Positions 1-7,300 of a stretch of DNA of 30,511 nt are shown here, piece after piece. The stretch comes from Silvanigrellaceae bacterium. Lineage in GTDB: Bacteria > Bdellovibrionota_B > Oligoflexia > Silvanigrellales > Silvanigrellaceae. A model generated the notes under the pieces. It saw only the letters and a list, made by a program, of their open reading frames with translations. It was not told the DNA's origin and made no database searches. Each line of letters opens with the position of its first letter. The stretch's first letter is position 1. The stretch covers positions 1 to 30,511 of the forward strand of contig JBMSQQ010000039.1 in assembly GCA_049423385.1 (NCBI GenBank). The letters are read 5' to 3'. The translations under genes were made by a program, and so were the position numbers.

Positions 1-1395
1 AACCAGCCACTGAAACGATGTGATTCGGGTGTGAGCGATGGCAGCGGAAACTATGGTGACAATGGCAAATGCAGAACCACCCAGACCAACACGACGACAA
101 CAACCACAAACGTGAACACAAATACAAACACCACCTACAACTACACCTATTACCAAACCTATGGTGGCGTGCGCATGGTCAATACCCGTGGTTGTCGTTA
201 CGGTGCGGGTTGTTACGACCGCTGGTACAACATGGGAACGACCTACAATTACAGTGGTGCAAGCACATCGACCTCGACGTCAACAAGCACTTCCGTGAGC
301 AAGAGCACATCTCTGAACCAGGCGATTGTGGGTGTGCTGACCGTGCCTTGGCTGAGCCCGCTGGACGCAACAGCTCAGGCGATCATGAAGCGCGCGCCTG
401 GTTCTGCATTCCCCTCAGACAGAAAAACGATGATTGGTTTGCGCATTTTCGGCAACGCCGGCAAATGGAAGATCGAAGATCCGGAAAGCGGACGCAACAT
501 CATCGTCAACGCGAGCGACTTCAAGGTTGCCGACACCAAGGAAGGTTTGGTGTATGAAATCCCGGCTTCGATGTTCTTGTCCAAGACAAATGGTCAAGCT
601 GGGTTCACTGAAAGCGCCCGCATCACAGCGCTCACTTCGGATGGTTCGATCGCCAAGGCCAACGGAGCAGACGCAAAGACTTGCCTCCACAGCATGAACG
701 GCGGAACGCACAACGTCAGCCGCAGCGTCACGACCTATTCAAGCAGCAGCTCATCGAACACAACGTACAACTACGGTGGTGTGTATTACCGCTACGGCTA
801 TTATGGAACGAGCTACTACACGAGCCCGCTGGTTCTTGACCTGAAGGCGAACCGCAAGCTCGAGACCATTGCTCCCAACATGAGCAACGCCATGTTCGAC
901 CTGCAGGGCAGTGGCCTGAAGCAAAAGGTGGGTTGGATCGCCAAGGACACCGGCTTGCTGGCTCTGGACCTCAACGGCAACGGCAAAATCGACTCCGGTC
1001 GCGAACTGTTTGGTGATTTCACCAAACTCAAATCCGGCGGCCTGGCATCGAACGGCTACCAGGCGTTGGGTCAATACGATTCGAACAAGGACGGAGTCAT
1101 TAACAGCAAAGACAAAGTGTTCAGCAAGCTTGTGCTGTGGGTCGACGGCAATGCGGATGGAATCACCCAAAAAGGAGAGCTCAAGTCGCTGTCCAAACTT
1201 GGCATCACAGGCATCAGCGTCAACTACGAGCAGGCTGCTTCCGACGAACGCATCCAGCATCGTGACAGCGTGAAGAAAAACCTTGTGCTGTACAAGTCAC
1301 GCTACTTCGGAACCAACTGTCCTGAAAATGGCTGTCGAAGCTATGATGTTTACTTCGGCTTCGACGACCTCACCCAGCCGGTTGCAGCAAAATGA
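1..1395 (+). CDS. Probable exported protein (5'-truncated) with Thr/Ser/Tyr-rich strands and a C-terminal FrpC self-processing-module-like Ca2+-binding domain
   Basis: Frame 1 is open from base 1 (NQPLKRCDSGV...), so the true start lies upstream. From nt 823 the sequence SPLVLDL...FDLQGSG...VGW...GLLALDLNGNGKIDSGRELFG...GYQALGQYDSNKDGVINSKD...LVLWVDGNADGITQKGELKSL has EF-hand-like DxNxxG loops. Stop overlaps the next gene (ATGA). Confidence 0.85.
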   Translation, partial: NQPLKRCDSGVSDGSGNYGDNGKCRTTQTNTTTTTTNVNTNTNTTYNYTYYQTYGGVRMVNTRGCRYGAGCYDRWYNMGTTYNYSGASTSTSTSTSTSVSKSTSLNQAIVGVLTVPWLSPLDATAQAIMKRAPGSAFPSDRKTMIGLRIFGNAGKWKIEDPESGRNIIVNASDFKVADTKEGLVYEIPASMFLSKTNGQAGFTESARITALTSDGSIAKANGADAKTCLHSMNGGTHNVSRSVTTYSSSSSSNTTYNYGGVYYRYGYYGTSYYTSPLVLDLKANRKLETIAPNMSNAMFDLQGSGLKQKVGWIAKDTGLLALDLNGNGKIDSGRELFGDFTKLKSGGLASNGYQALGQYDSNKDGVINSKDKVFSKLVLWVDGNADGITQKGELKSLSKLGITGISVNYEQAASDERIQHRDSVKKNLVLYKSRYFGTNCPENGCRSYDVYFGFDDLTQPVAAK

Positions 1396-3494
1396 ATCGG
1401 CAGACGCTCCGGACATGGACGTCCGTTGCTTGCGCAGGCTTTCTCACACTTTTCAATGTGGCCTGCGGAAGCAAAACAAGAGAAATCCCCCTCCGGGGGG
1501 CTTTTCTTGTTGAGGGACAGCTTGCATTCATTGAAGCCGTCCAACAGAAAGTCAAAGCCACTCCGCCCACTTTTTCATGGGTCGACCGAAATGGCGTTCG
1601 CCAGCCATTGAACAACGTGAACTTCAATGCCACAGATGGAAAGTTTTCATTCGAGTTCAAACGTGAAAACCTGATTCGAAAAATGGGTTATTCTCTGCCT
1701 GAATTTACCGCCCTGATGGGTTCGGCGAGCCCGCTCGAACGATTGTCGAGCCTGGGATACGATCAGAATGAAACAGGCTTCATCAGGCTTGAAGCCTACT
1801 CGGAAATCAGCACCGGCAACTCGGGAGAGATCTCCTACTACACGCAAAAAGTCTCCGGGCTTCCCATGTCGGCAAGTTTCAGTACAAGCAGAAGCCTCTC
1901 CATGGGCAATGAACCCATCCAGACCGCAAAGGTGGGGGTCGTGAAAGTGATCGTCAAGGACAACAAGGGCAACCCCGTTGAAGGTGCAATTGTGAACGTC
2001 ATCCCGCTGAATGTATTTGGCGGCAAGACCTATGACATCAAGCCCTATGACTTTCGCCTCCAGTCGCCCTTCACACCCGTGGCGAATCATACCAATGCAC
2101 AGGGCATTGCCTATGCCTGGCCCGTTCCATTGGGCACAGACAAACTTTCGAAGTTTCAAATCGCAGCAAGCCACATCAACTACTGCACGCAGACAAGCGC
2201 CCCCGTTTTGCATGAAACAACACTGCAAGCGACAACCATCACGCTGGTTCCATGCGACGAAACACAAACAAAAAATCTCGAAGTGGATTGGGATGTGGCA
2301 TTTCCCCCGTCACTTTTTGTGCTTTCAGAACCCAAAGGCACACTTCCCGCAGGAACGGGCTACACAAACCAGGAGCAGGTGGAATTGCTGTTCACAAACA
2401 AGAGTGCGCTCCTGAGGGGTATTACAGTCAACGTCCATGAAGGTGATTCAACCGAGAAGCCGGTGGTGATGTCGCAGGATATTTACACATTTGCCGAAAA
2501 ACTGGTGATCGATCTCCCCGGCACGTTCAACAACGGTACAACCGCGAGCGGACGATTTCTCATCAACCTGATGGCGAAACTTTCGGATGCCGACATTGCA
2601 GCCGGAAGAAAACCTTTCTCGAAATCGCTTACGGGCAACAAAGGGGTTTTCAAACTCAATGCTGCCGTTCAAAGTGAATTCCAGGTGATTGGTTACAACC
2701 AGTTCCAAAACATCATCTCGGGAAACACAGACAGTACTTTTGTTGTAAAATACACAAAATGTGCACCAGGATACAAAATCGGTGTGGTGATTTCAGCCGA
2801 GGGAAAAAAGGATCCAGCTGTGAACTTTGTGGCCTGCGACAAGGCCGGAAACACATTCAAACTGAGCGAAGTGTTCAAGGGCTTTACGAAACAACCCGGC
2901 AACAATGTGATTCAGTTTTTTCGCACCGACGAATTCCAGAACAAATCACCTGATGATGCAAGCATCAACCAGACAAATCGCAGGAACATTGAAATTGACT
3001 ATGGAACACCAGACCCGACAAAAGCAACCCTCGGATCGATGATTGCCGTCGTGCCAAAAGACACCGTGGAGAAATTGAAACCCGATTTGGTCACCGATGC
3101 TACCATTGAAATCACAAATGCAAACTTGTCCCAGTATGCCTTGATGTTCACGGTCGATGCTGGCACATCGACTTGTGAATTGATTAACCCGTTGGCAGTT
3201 GAGAACATGGACAACCCAGACAGCAATTCCGGTCGTGGCGTGAGTCACTTTTATGTGGGTCCGACAAAAAGCAAGTCGGAGATGAGCAACGCAGCAATCA
3301 CGTGCTCCAGCACGAGCAAAGCAATCCTCTCAGGGGACATTGTTGAATTTCCGACCTCGCCTTCGGAACCTGCAACCTTCAAACTCACGTTGTTCGACAA
3401 GGCAGGCAACTTCACAACCGGCACTGTTTCGATTCCAGCATGCACTCCGACTCCAGCAAACCTGGACGAAAGAGTGTGTTGGAAAAACCCCTGA
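1392..3494 (+). CDS. Large lipoprotein of unknown function with beta-sandwich/Ig-like segments
   Basis: 700-aa ORF with ATGA coupling to the upstream gene. Signal peptide with lipobox (LFNVA-C-G). Contains KVIVKDNKGNPVEGAIVNV (CarboxypepD_reg/Cna-B-like) and LTLFDKAGN (Ig-like) motifs and several Cys. Confidence 0.8.
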   Translation: MNRQTLRTWTSVACAGFLTLFNVACGSKTREIPLRGAFLVEGQLAFIEAVQQKVKATPPTFSWVDRNGVRQPLNNVNFNATDGKFSFEFKRENLIRKMGYSLPEFTALMGSASPLERLSSLGYDQNETGFIRLEAYSEISTGNSGEISYYTQKVSGLPMSASFSTSRSLSMGNEPIQTAKVGVVKVIVKDNKGNPVEGAIVNVIPLNVFGGKTYDIKPYDFRLQSPFTPVANHTNAQGIAYAWPVPLGTDKLSKFQIAASHINYCTQTSAPVLHETTLQATTITLVPCDETQTKNLEVDWDVAFPPSLFVLSEPKGTLPAGTGYTNQEQVELLFTNKSALLRGITVNVHEGDSTEKPVVMSQDIYTFAEKLVIDLPGTFNNGTTASGRFLINLMAKLSDADIAAGRKPFSKSLTGNKGVFKLNAAVQSEFQVIGYNQFQNIISGNTDSTFVVKYTKCAPGYKIGVVISAEGKKDPAVNFVACDKAGNTFKLSEVFKGFTKQPGNNVIQFFRTDEFQNKSPDDASINQTNRRNIEIDYGTPDPTKATLGSMIAVVPKDTVEKLKPDLVTDATIEITNANLSQYALMFTVDAGTSTCELINPLAVENMDNPDSNSGRGVSHFYVGPTKSKSEMSNAAITCSSTSKAILSGDIVEFPTSPSEPATFKLTLFDKAGNFTTGTVSIPACTPTPANLDERVCWKNP
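1475..1511 (+). terminator. Intrinsic-terminator-like hairpin inside the 5' end of the lipoprotein gene
   Basis: AACAAGAGAAATCCCCC-TCC-GGGGGGCTTTTCTTGTT: GC stem followed by a U-rich tract, with flanking arms that also pair. Lies about 80 nt after the stop of the first gene. Confidence 0.55.
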
Positions 3495-3607
3495 ATCTCT
3501 TGCAATCGGGTGATCCGGTTGAAAACTGACTCCCGATGCAAACCGTTTCTGGACACACCAACGAAACAGCCTAAAATCTCTTCAAGACTGCCAACTCGGG
3601 AGGATCT

Positions 3608-4933
3608 TTGTTCGCGCGCAAAACATTGTTTCGAGCCCTGTTTCTGGCGCTGTGTTTGGCGACAGCCGGGGAAAGTTTTGCCCAGGATTCAAACAGCGAA
3701 AACAAGGATGCCGCAACAGACACCGTCAAACGCAAAAAACAGAAGCCGAAATCCGAGGGAAAGTCAGAAAGCAAAGCCGATTCAAGGTCGGAGAACAAGT
3801 CTGACGGGAAATCGGAAGGCAAAAGCGAAGGCAAGTCCGAAAGCAAAATCGAGAGTGGTGTCACTGCAACAGAATCTGTCAGCAGCTCCGCAAAGGGGCA
3901 GGTCAAGGGTATCGTCGATGGAAAACCTCGCTTCGACTGCAAGGAGTTCACTGATATTGCGGTTGGACAAAAATTCATCGTTGAAGGAAAAACACCGGGG
4001 CAAATTGCCGCTTCCATCGAAGTCATCCAGGTTGCAAAAAACAAAAAAACAGCCGCAGCCAAAGTTCTCAAACTGGAACCGGAATTCGAGCTCAATGAAC
4101 TGCTCAATCTTGCTGTCATCCGTGAAAAGGACTTCAACCAACGCTACAGCGAGTCAAGCCTCACGGGATTTGTTGCTCCGGAGGCTCTTGTTGGAATCAA
4201 CCAAATGTTTGGCTTCCACTTCAACCTTCTGAATTACACATCTCCAGCACCGAACCTCATCACGGGTGTTGCACTCAATCAGGATATCATCGTGCTGGGA
4301 CCAACCCTGGAATTCTTTTTTCCAAAAAGCCTTGCGAATGGAACATTGAACAAGTTTGGCCTTCAATTCACTTACACCCAGAGTATCCCTCTCTCGATCG
4401 TCGGCCGGGTTGGCAGCAGCGATGAGGTGCAAACCCTAAAATCGACCTCCACCGACGTCAGGTTCGCGATGCTTTTCAAGTCAAAGGCGGTTTCAAAATC
4501 GCTCGCGAATTATTGGGCATCCCTTGGATACGAGATTCTCGATACAAAGGCGCAAATCGACACCAGCGTGGGCTCCGGAAACACCTCAATCGTGTTCCAG
4601 CAAAAAGGGTTGGAGATGGGTTTGGGAGGAGACTTCTCGCCACTCCCCTTCTTCTACCTCGGTGGCGAACTGCTCGCAGGAGTTCCTCAGAAATACACGG
4701 GAACGGATTCAAGCAACACATCAACACGCGGTGGAAACTGGAATCAGTACAAGCTTGGAGCATACAGCGAACTGCGCTACCCGGTGGGGCGGCTCAAGAC
4801 GAACATTTTGACAATTCAAATCAAGGCTGGTGCAACCTTGGACCAGGTCGACGTTCCCAAGAACGGCGTCACCACAAAAGAAAACCTGATTGCCCCCCTG
4901 TTTGCCCTCAAGCTCGGTTTCTTCTCTGGATAG
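3608..4933 (+). CDS. Exported protein, probable outer-membrane beta-barrel with an N-terminal charged linker and small beta domain
   Basis: TTG start preceded by GGGAGGA. Sec signal ending in SFA-Q. KSEG-type low-complexity repeats. The C-terminal ~240 aa has alternating hydrophobic strands and ends ...LFALKLGFFSG. Confidence 0.75.
   Translation: MFARKTLFRALFLALCLATAGESFAQDSNSENKDAATDTVKRKKQKPKSEGKSESKADSRSENKSDGKSEGKSEGKSESKIESGVTATESVSSSAKGQVKGIVDGKPRFDCKEFTDIAVGQKFIVEGKTPGQIAASIEVIQVAKNKKTAAAKVLKLEPEFELNELLNLAVIREKDFNQRYSESSLTGFVAPEALVGINQMFGFHFNLLNYTSPAPNLITGVALNQDIIVLGPTLEFFFPKSLANGTLNKFGLQFTYTQSIPLSIVGRVGSSDEVQTLKSTSTDVRFAMLFKSKAVSKSLANYWASLGYEILDTKAQIDTSVGSGNTSIVFQQKGLEMGLGGDFSPLPFFYLGGELLAGVPQKYTGTDSSNTSTRGGNWNQYKLGAYSELRYPVGRLKTNILTIQIKAGATLDQVDVPKNGVTTKENLIAPLFALKLGFFSG
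3749..3858 (+). repeat. Degenerate in-frame tetrapeptide repeat (KSEG/KSES/KSDG)
   Basis: Translation KSEGKSESKADSRSENKSDGKSEGKSEGKSESKIESG, about nine units with synonymous divergence. Confidence 0.75.
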
Positions 4934-5034
4934 CAGCCAAAGCCACCGTTTTTTAAGGAAATTATAAAAACCCTGAAGTTCCTCAACTTTTTCGAACCTC
5001 CGACCGATCCAAAGAGAAGGTGTCGGGGGTGACT

Positions 5035-6747
5035 ATGAAGCTCCAGAAATCGACCAATCCAATGCAGAAAGCTGGCAATGGCCAAACACTTGCCTTGTCT
5101 GCCCTGGGATTATTGGCGTTTTTGGGTTGTTCAGGCAGGGTTGTGTCGAGTGACGGCCTCACAGGACGTTCGGATTCGGGACAAACATTCAGGAGCAACC
5201 AGGCCGCAGACGCGAATCCAGACAAGAACTCCGCTGCACGTCCCATCTCCCTGGTGAGCCCGCCGGCAAATGAAACATTCCTCGAATCGATTTCGAGCGC
5301 CGTGGATTCTCCCGGAGCAACTCACTATCGGGCCGGAGTGGTCGATGGGAAAGACGCATCCTGTGCCAATCTGACGATCTTCAATAAAATATCCGAAATC
5401 CTGACGCTTCCGCTCGGAAAGGCAGGAGAAAAGACGATTTGCCTTCAGCCGGTCGTGGAAAACGGAGGTTTTGGACAAGTCAGCAGTTTCAACCTGACAA
5501 GAAAAGAACTTTCCGGCGATGGCCCCGAACTTATTCTGGAAGGTGTTCCCCAGTGGTTCACAGCAGCAACAAATACATCGATGAGCATCATCAGCCAGGA
5601 CGCTGTTCAGTTCCGCTACAGCTTCACCTGGACTGCAAGCACATCAACGCAGTGCAAGACGCTTGAAAACTTTCCATGGAAACCGATCGGAGAATCGATT
5701 TCGCTTAAATTTGAATATGACGGTCCATGGCTGCTGTGTGCCGAAGTGCGCGACCGCAATGGTCGCAAAAGCCAGGCCCCCAAAGCCTATAGCTGGACTC
5801 GCGACACTGTTTATCCGGTCATGAATCCTTTGCCCTTGCCAGGCCAGCCAACAACGGAAAGTGAATTCAACTACACAATCAAAGGCAACCTGGTGGATTT
5901 CTATCAATACGCCTTGCTGGAAGGAAAATCGTCCTGCACGGGAGCGAGTTATTCGTCTTCGTATCCTGTGAGCAATCCACTGAACCTGAAGATTGGCAAG
6001 GATGGAATTTGGACTGTTTGCGTCATGACAGAAAACAAAAATGGAATGCGCCAACAGGTTCCCTTTTCAGGATTGATTGAAAAAGTCAGTCCAGTGGTTG
6101 TGACTGTCACAAATCCTGCCACACCCGCAGCGACACCTGTCGCAACAGCGACCGCCGCACCGGTGACCAACCTCAATCCTGTTGCAAAAGTGTCCATCGC
6201 TGCGGTGCAAGTCAACCCGAGCAAAACTCCACTGTCGACAACCCGCAAATTCAATATTTCTGGAACAGGTGTCACCCACTACAAGAGCTACACGGCGGAT
6301 TTTTCGACAACCTGCCCTGCCAGCGCTCCAACTGCTGCTGCCACCTTGGTGAATTCACAACTTTCGGTTTCCTTCTCGAGTGGTGGAATCAAAACCGTGT
6401 GCATCTGGGGAATCAACCGCTCTGCCAGCGGCGTCGACACGGTTCAAGCAACTGCAACCTGGTTCAGGTTCTACAACGACACCAGTTATTCAACGATTGG
6501 CAAGAGTGTCACCAATCCGGTTGCCTTCACTGCAACACAAGCAAATCAAACCTGCAGTTGCCACGATCTTTATTTTGAATCGGATTGGCGCAACCGTGCG
6601 GTGTCTGTTTCCGGCAGGCTGCGAAACGACTCAATGCCCGCGTCTGGTTGGATTGGCAAGGACACCCAGAAAGCGGGTCTGATGGCATTCCTCGCAACCA
6701 TTTCAGGTTACCCGGTCGACATGCCGTATGTGATTGTTTCACCCTGA
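5035..6747 (+). CDS. Lipoprotein with four Cys-pair repeats and a C-terminal putative cytochrome-c-like domain (CSCH...MP)
   Basis: ATG 5035 follows GGGGGTGA. Lipobox LAFLG-C. Repeats of the form Y..(x)..C...G(E/I/P)(K/W)(T/L)(I/L/V)C, a Pro/Ala/Thr linker, then TCSCHD and SMPAS near the C-terminus. Confidence 0.8.
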   Translation: MKLQKSTNPMQKAGNGQTLALSALGLLAFLGCSGRVVSSDGLTGRSDSGQTFRSNQAADANPDKNSAARPISLVSPPANETFLESISSAVDSPGATHYRAGVVDGKDASCANLTIFNKISEILTLPLGKAGEKTICLQPVVENGGFGQVSSFNLTRKELSGDGPELILEGVPQWFTAATNTSMSIISQDAVQFRYSFTWTASTSTQCKTLENFPWKPIGESISLKFEYDGPWLLCAEVRDRNGRKSQAPKAYSWTRDTVYPVMNPLPLPGQPTTESEFNYTIKGNLVDFYQYALLEGKSSCTGASYSSSYPVSNPLNLKIGKDGIWTVCVMTENKNGMRQQVPFSGLIEKVSPVVVTVTNPATPAATPVATATAAPVTNLNPVAKVSIAAVQVNPSKTPLSTTRKFNISGTGVTHYKSYTADFSTTCPASAPTAAATLVNSQLSVSFSSGGIKTVCIWGINRSASGVDTVQATATWFRFYNDTSYSTIGKSVTNPVAFTATQANQTCSCHDLYFESDWRNRAVSVSGRLRNDSMPASGWIGKDTQKAGLMAFLATISGYPVDMPYVIVSP

Positions 6748-6748
6748 C

Positions 6749-6898
6749 GTTCAAATCAACTCAGGTTCATCTTGAGCTTCAAATCAACCGATTGTTCATG
6801 TTTCTTTGTCTGTCCGTACAGCAATACACATGTTCATTTATTCGAAATCTTTATAAAAATATTTGCAAAACCAGAGGCTTCGATTGTTCAATGAACAT
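6749..6898. promoter_or_regulatory. AT-rich intergenic region with repeated GTTCA motifs and a TGTTCA-A-TGAACA palindrome; candidate operator region
   Basis: TTCAAATCAAC occurs at 6750 and 6778, CGATTGTTCA at 6789 and 6881, and the palindrome at 6885-6897, all upstream of an HTH gene. Confidence 0.5.
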
Positions 6899-6941
6899 GG
6901 TTGGAAGACAGTGCAAAAAAGAATCCATCCATGAGGGCATG

Positions 6942-7274
6942 ATGAATTCTAAGAAAGACACGGCGAACATCCCCTTTGGGAAAATCTTGAGCAGGGTCAT
7001 GAAGGATCGCCAGTTGACGATTCAAGCGATTGCCAATCTTGCCGGGGTCAACAAAAGTGTGGTCCACGGCTGGATGACCGGCACAACGCCCCATGATTTG
7101 CTCGCCATCGGAAAGTTGTCGCGTGCGTTGGGCATTGGATTCCGCGAACTCCTCCTGGGAGAAGCAGAAAATCCGGTCACACTCTCCGCATTGGAAGTTC
7201 AGTTCGATAAAGAAGAAGTATTTGATGGCGTGTGCGAAGTCAGAATCCGGCGAATCATACCCAAGATTGGATAA
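6942..7274 (+). CDS. XRE/Cro-family helix-turn-helix transcriptional regulator
   Basis: FGKILSRVMKDRQLTIQAIANLAGVNKSVVHGWMTG...IGKLSRALGIGFRELLLG is a typical HTH_3 pattern. GAGG precedes the tandem ATGs at 6939/6942. Confidence 0.85.
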   Translation: MNSKKDTANIPFGKILSRVMKDRQLTIQAIANLAGVNKSVVHGWMTGTTPHDLLAIGKLSRALGIGFRELLLGEAENPVTLSALEVQFDKEEVFDGVCEVRIRRIIPKIG

Positions 7275-7300
7275 ATTCCCGGATTCAAAGTCGACACATC

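Noticed and set aside
823..1395. Calling gene 1 an RTX toxin/hemolysin
   Set aside because: No GGxGxDxLx repeats in the visible part and no T1SS genes in the window. Only the SPM-like domain is shared.
6750..6800. Direct repeats as a mini-CRISPR
   Set aside because: Only two 11-nt copies 28 nt apart, far too short, and no cas genes.
6585..6941. N-terminal extension of the XRE ORF given by the ORF track
   Set aside because: Overlaps the upstream gene and crosses an AT-rich regulatory region. The SD supports a start at 6939/6942.
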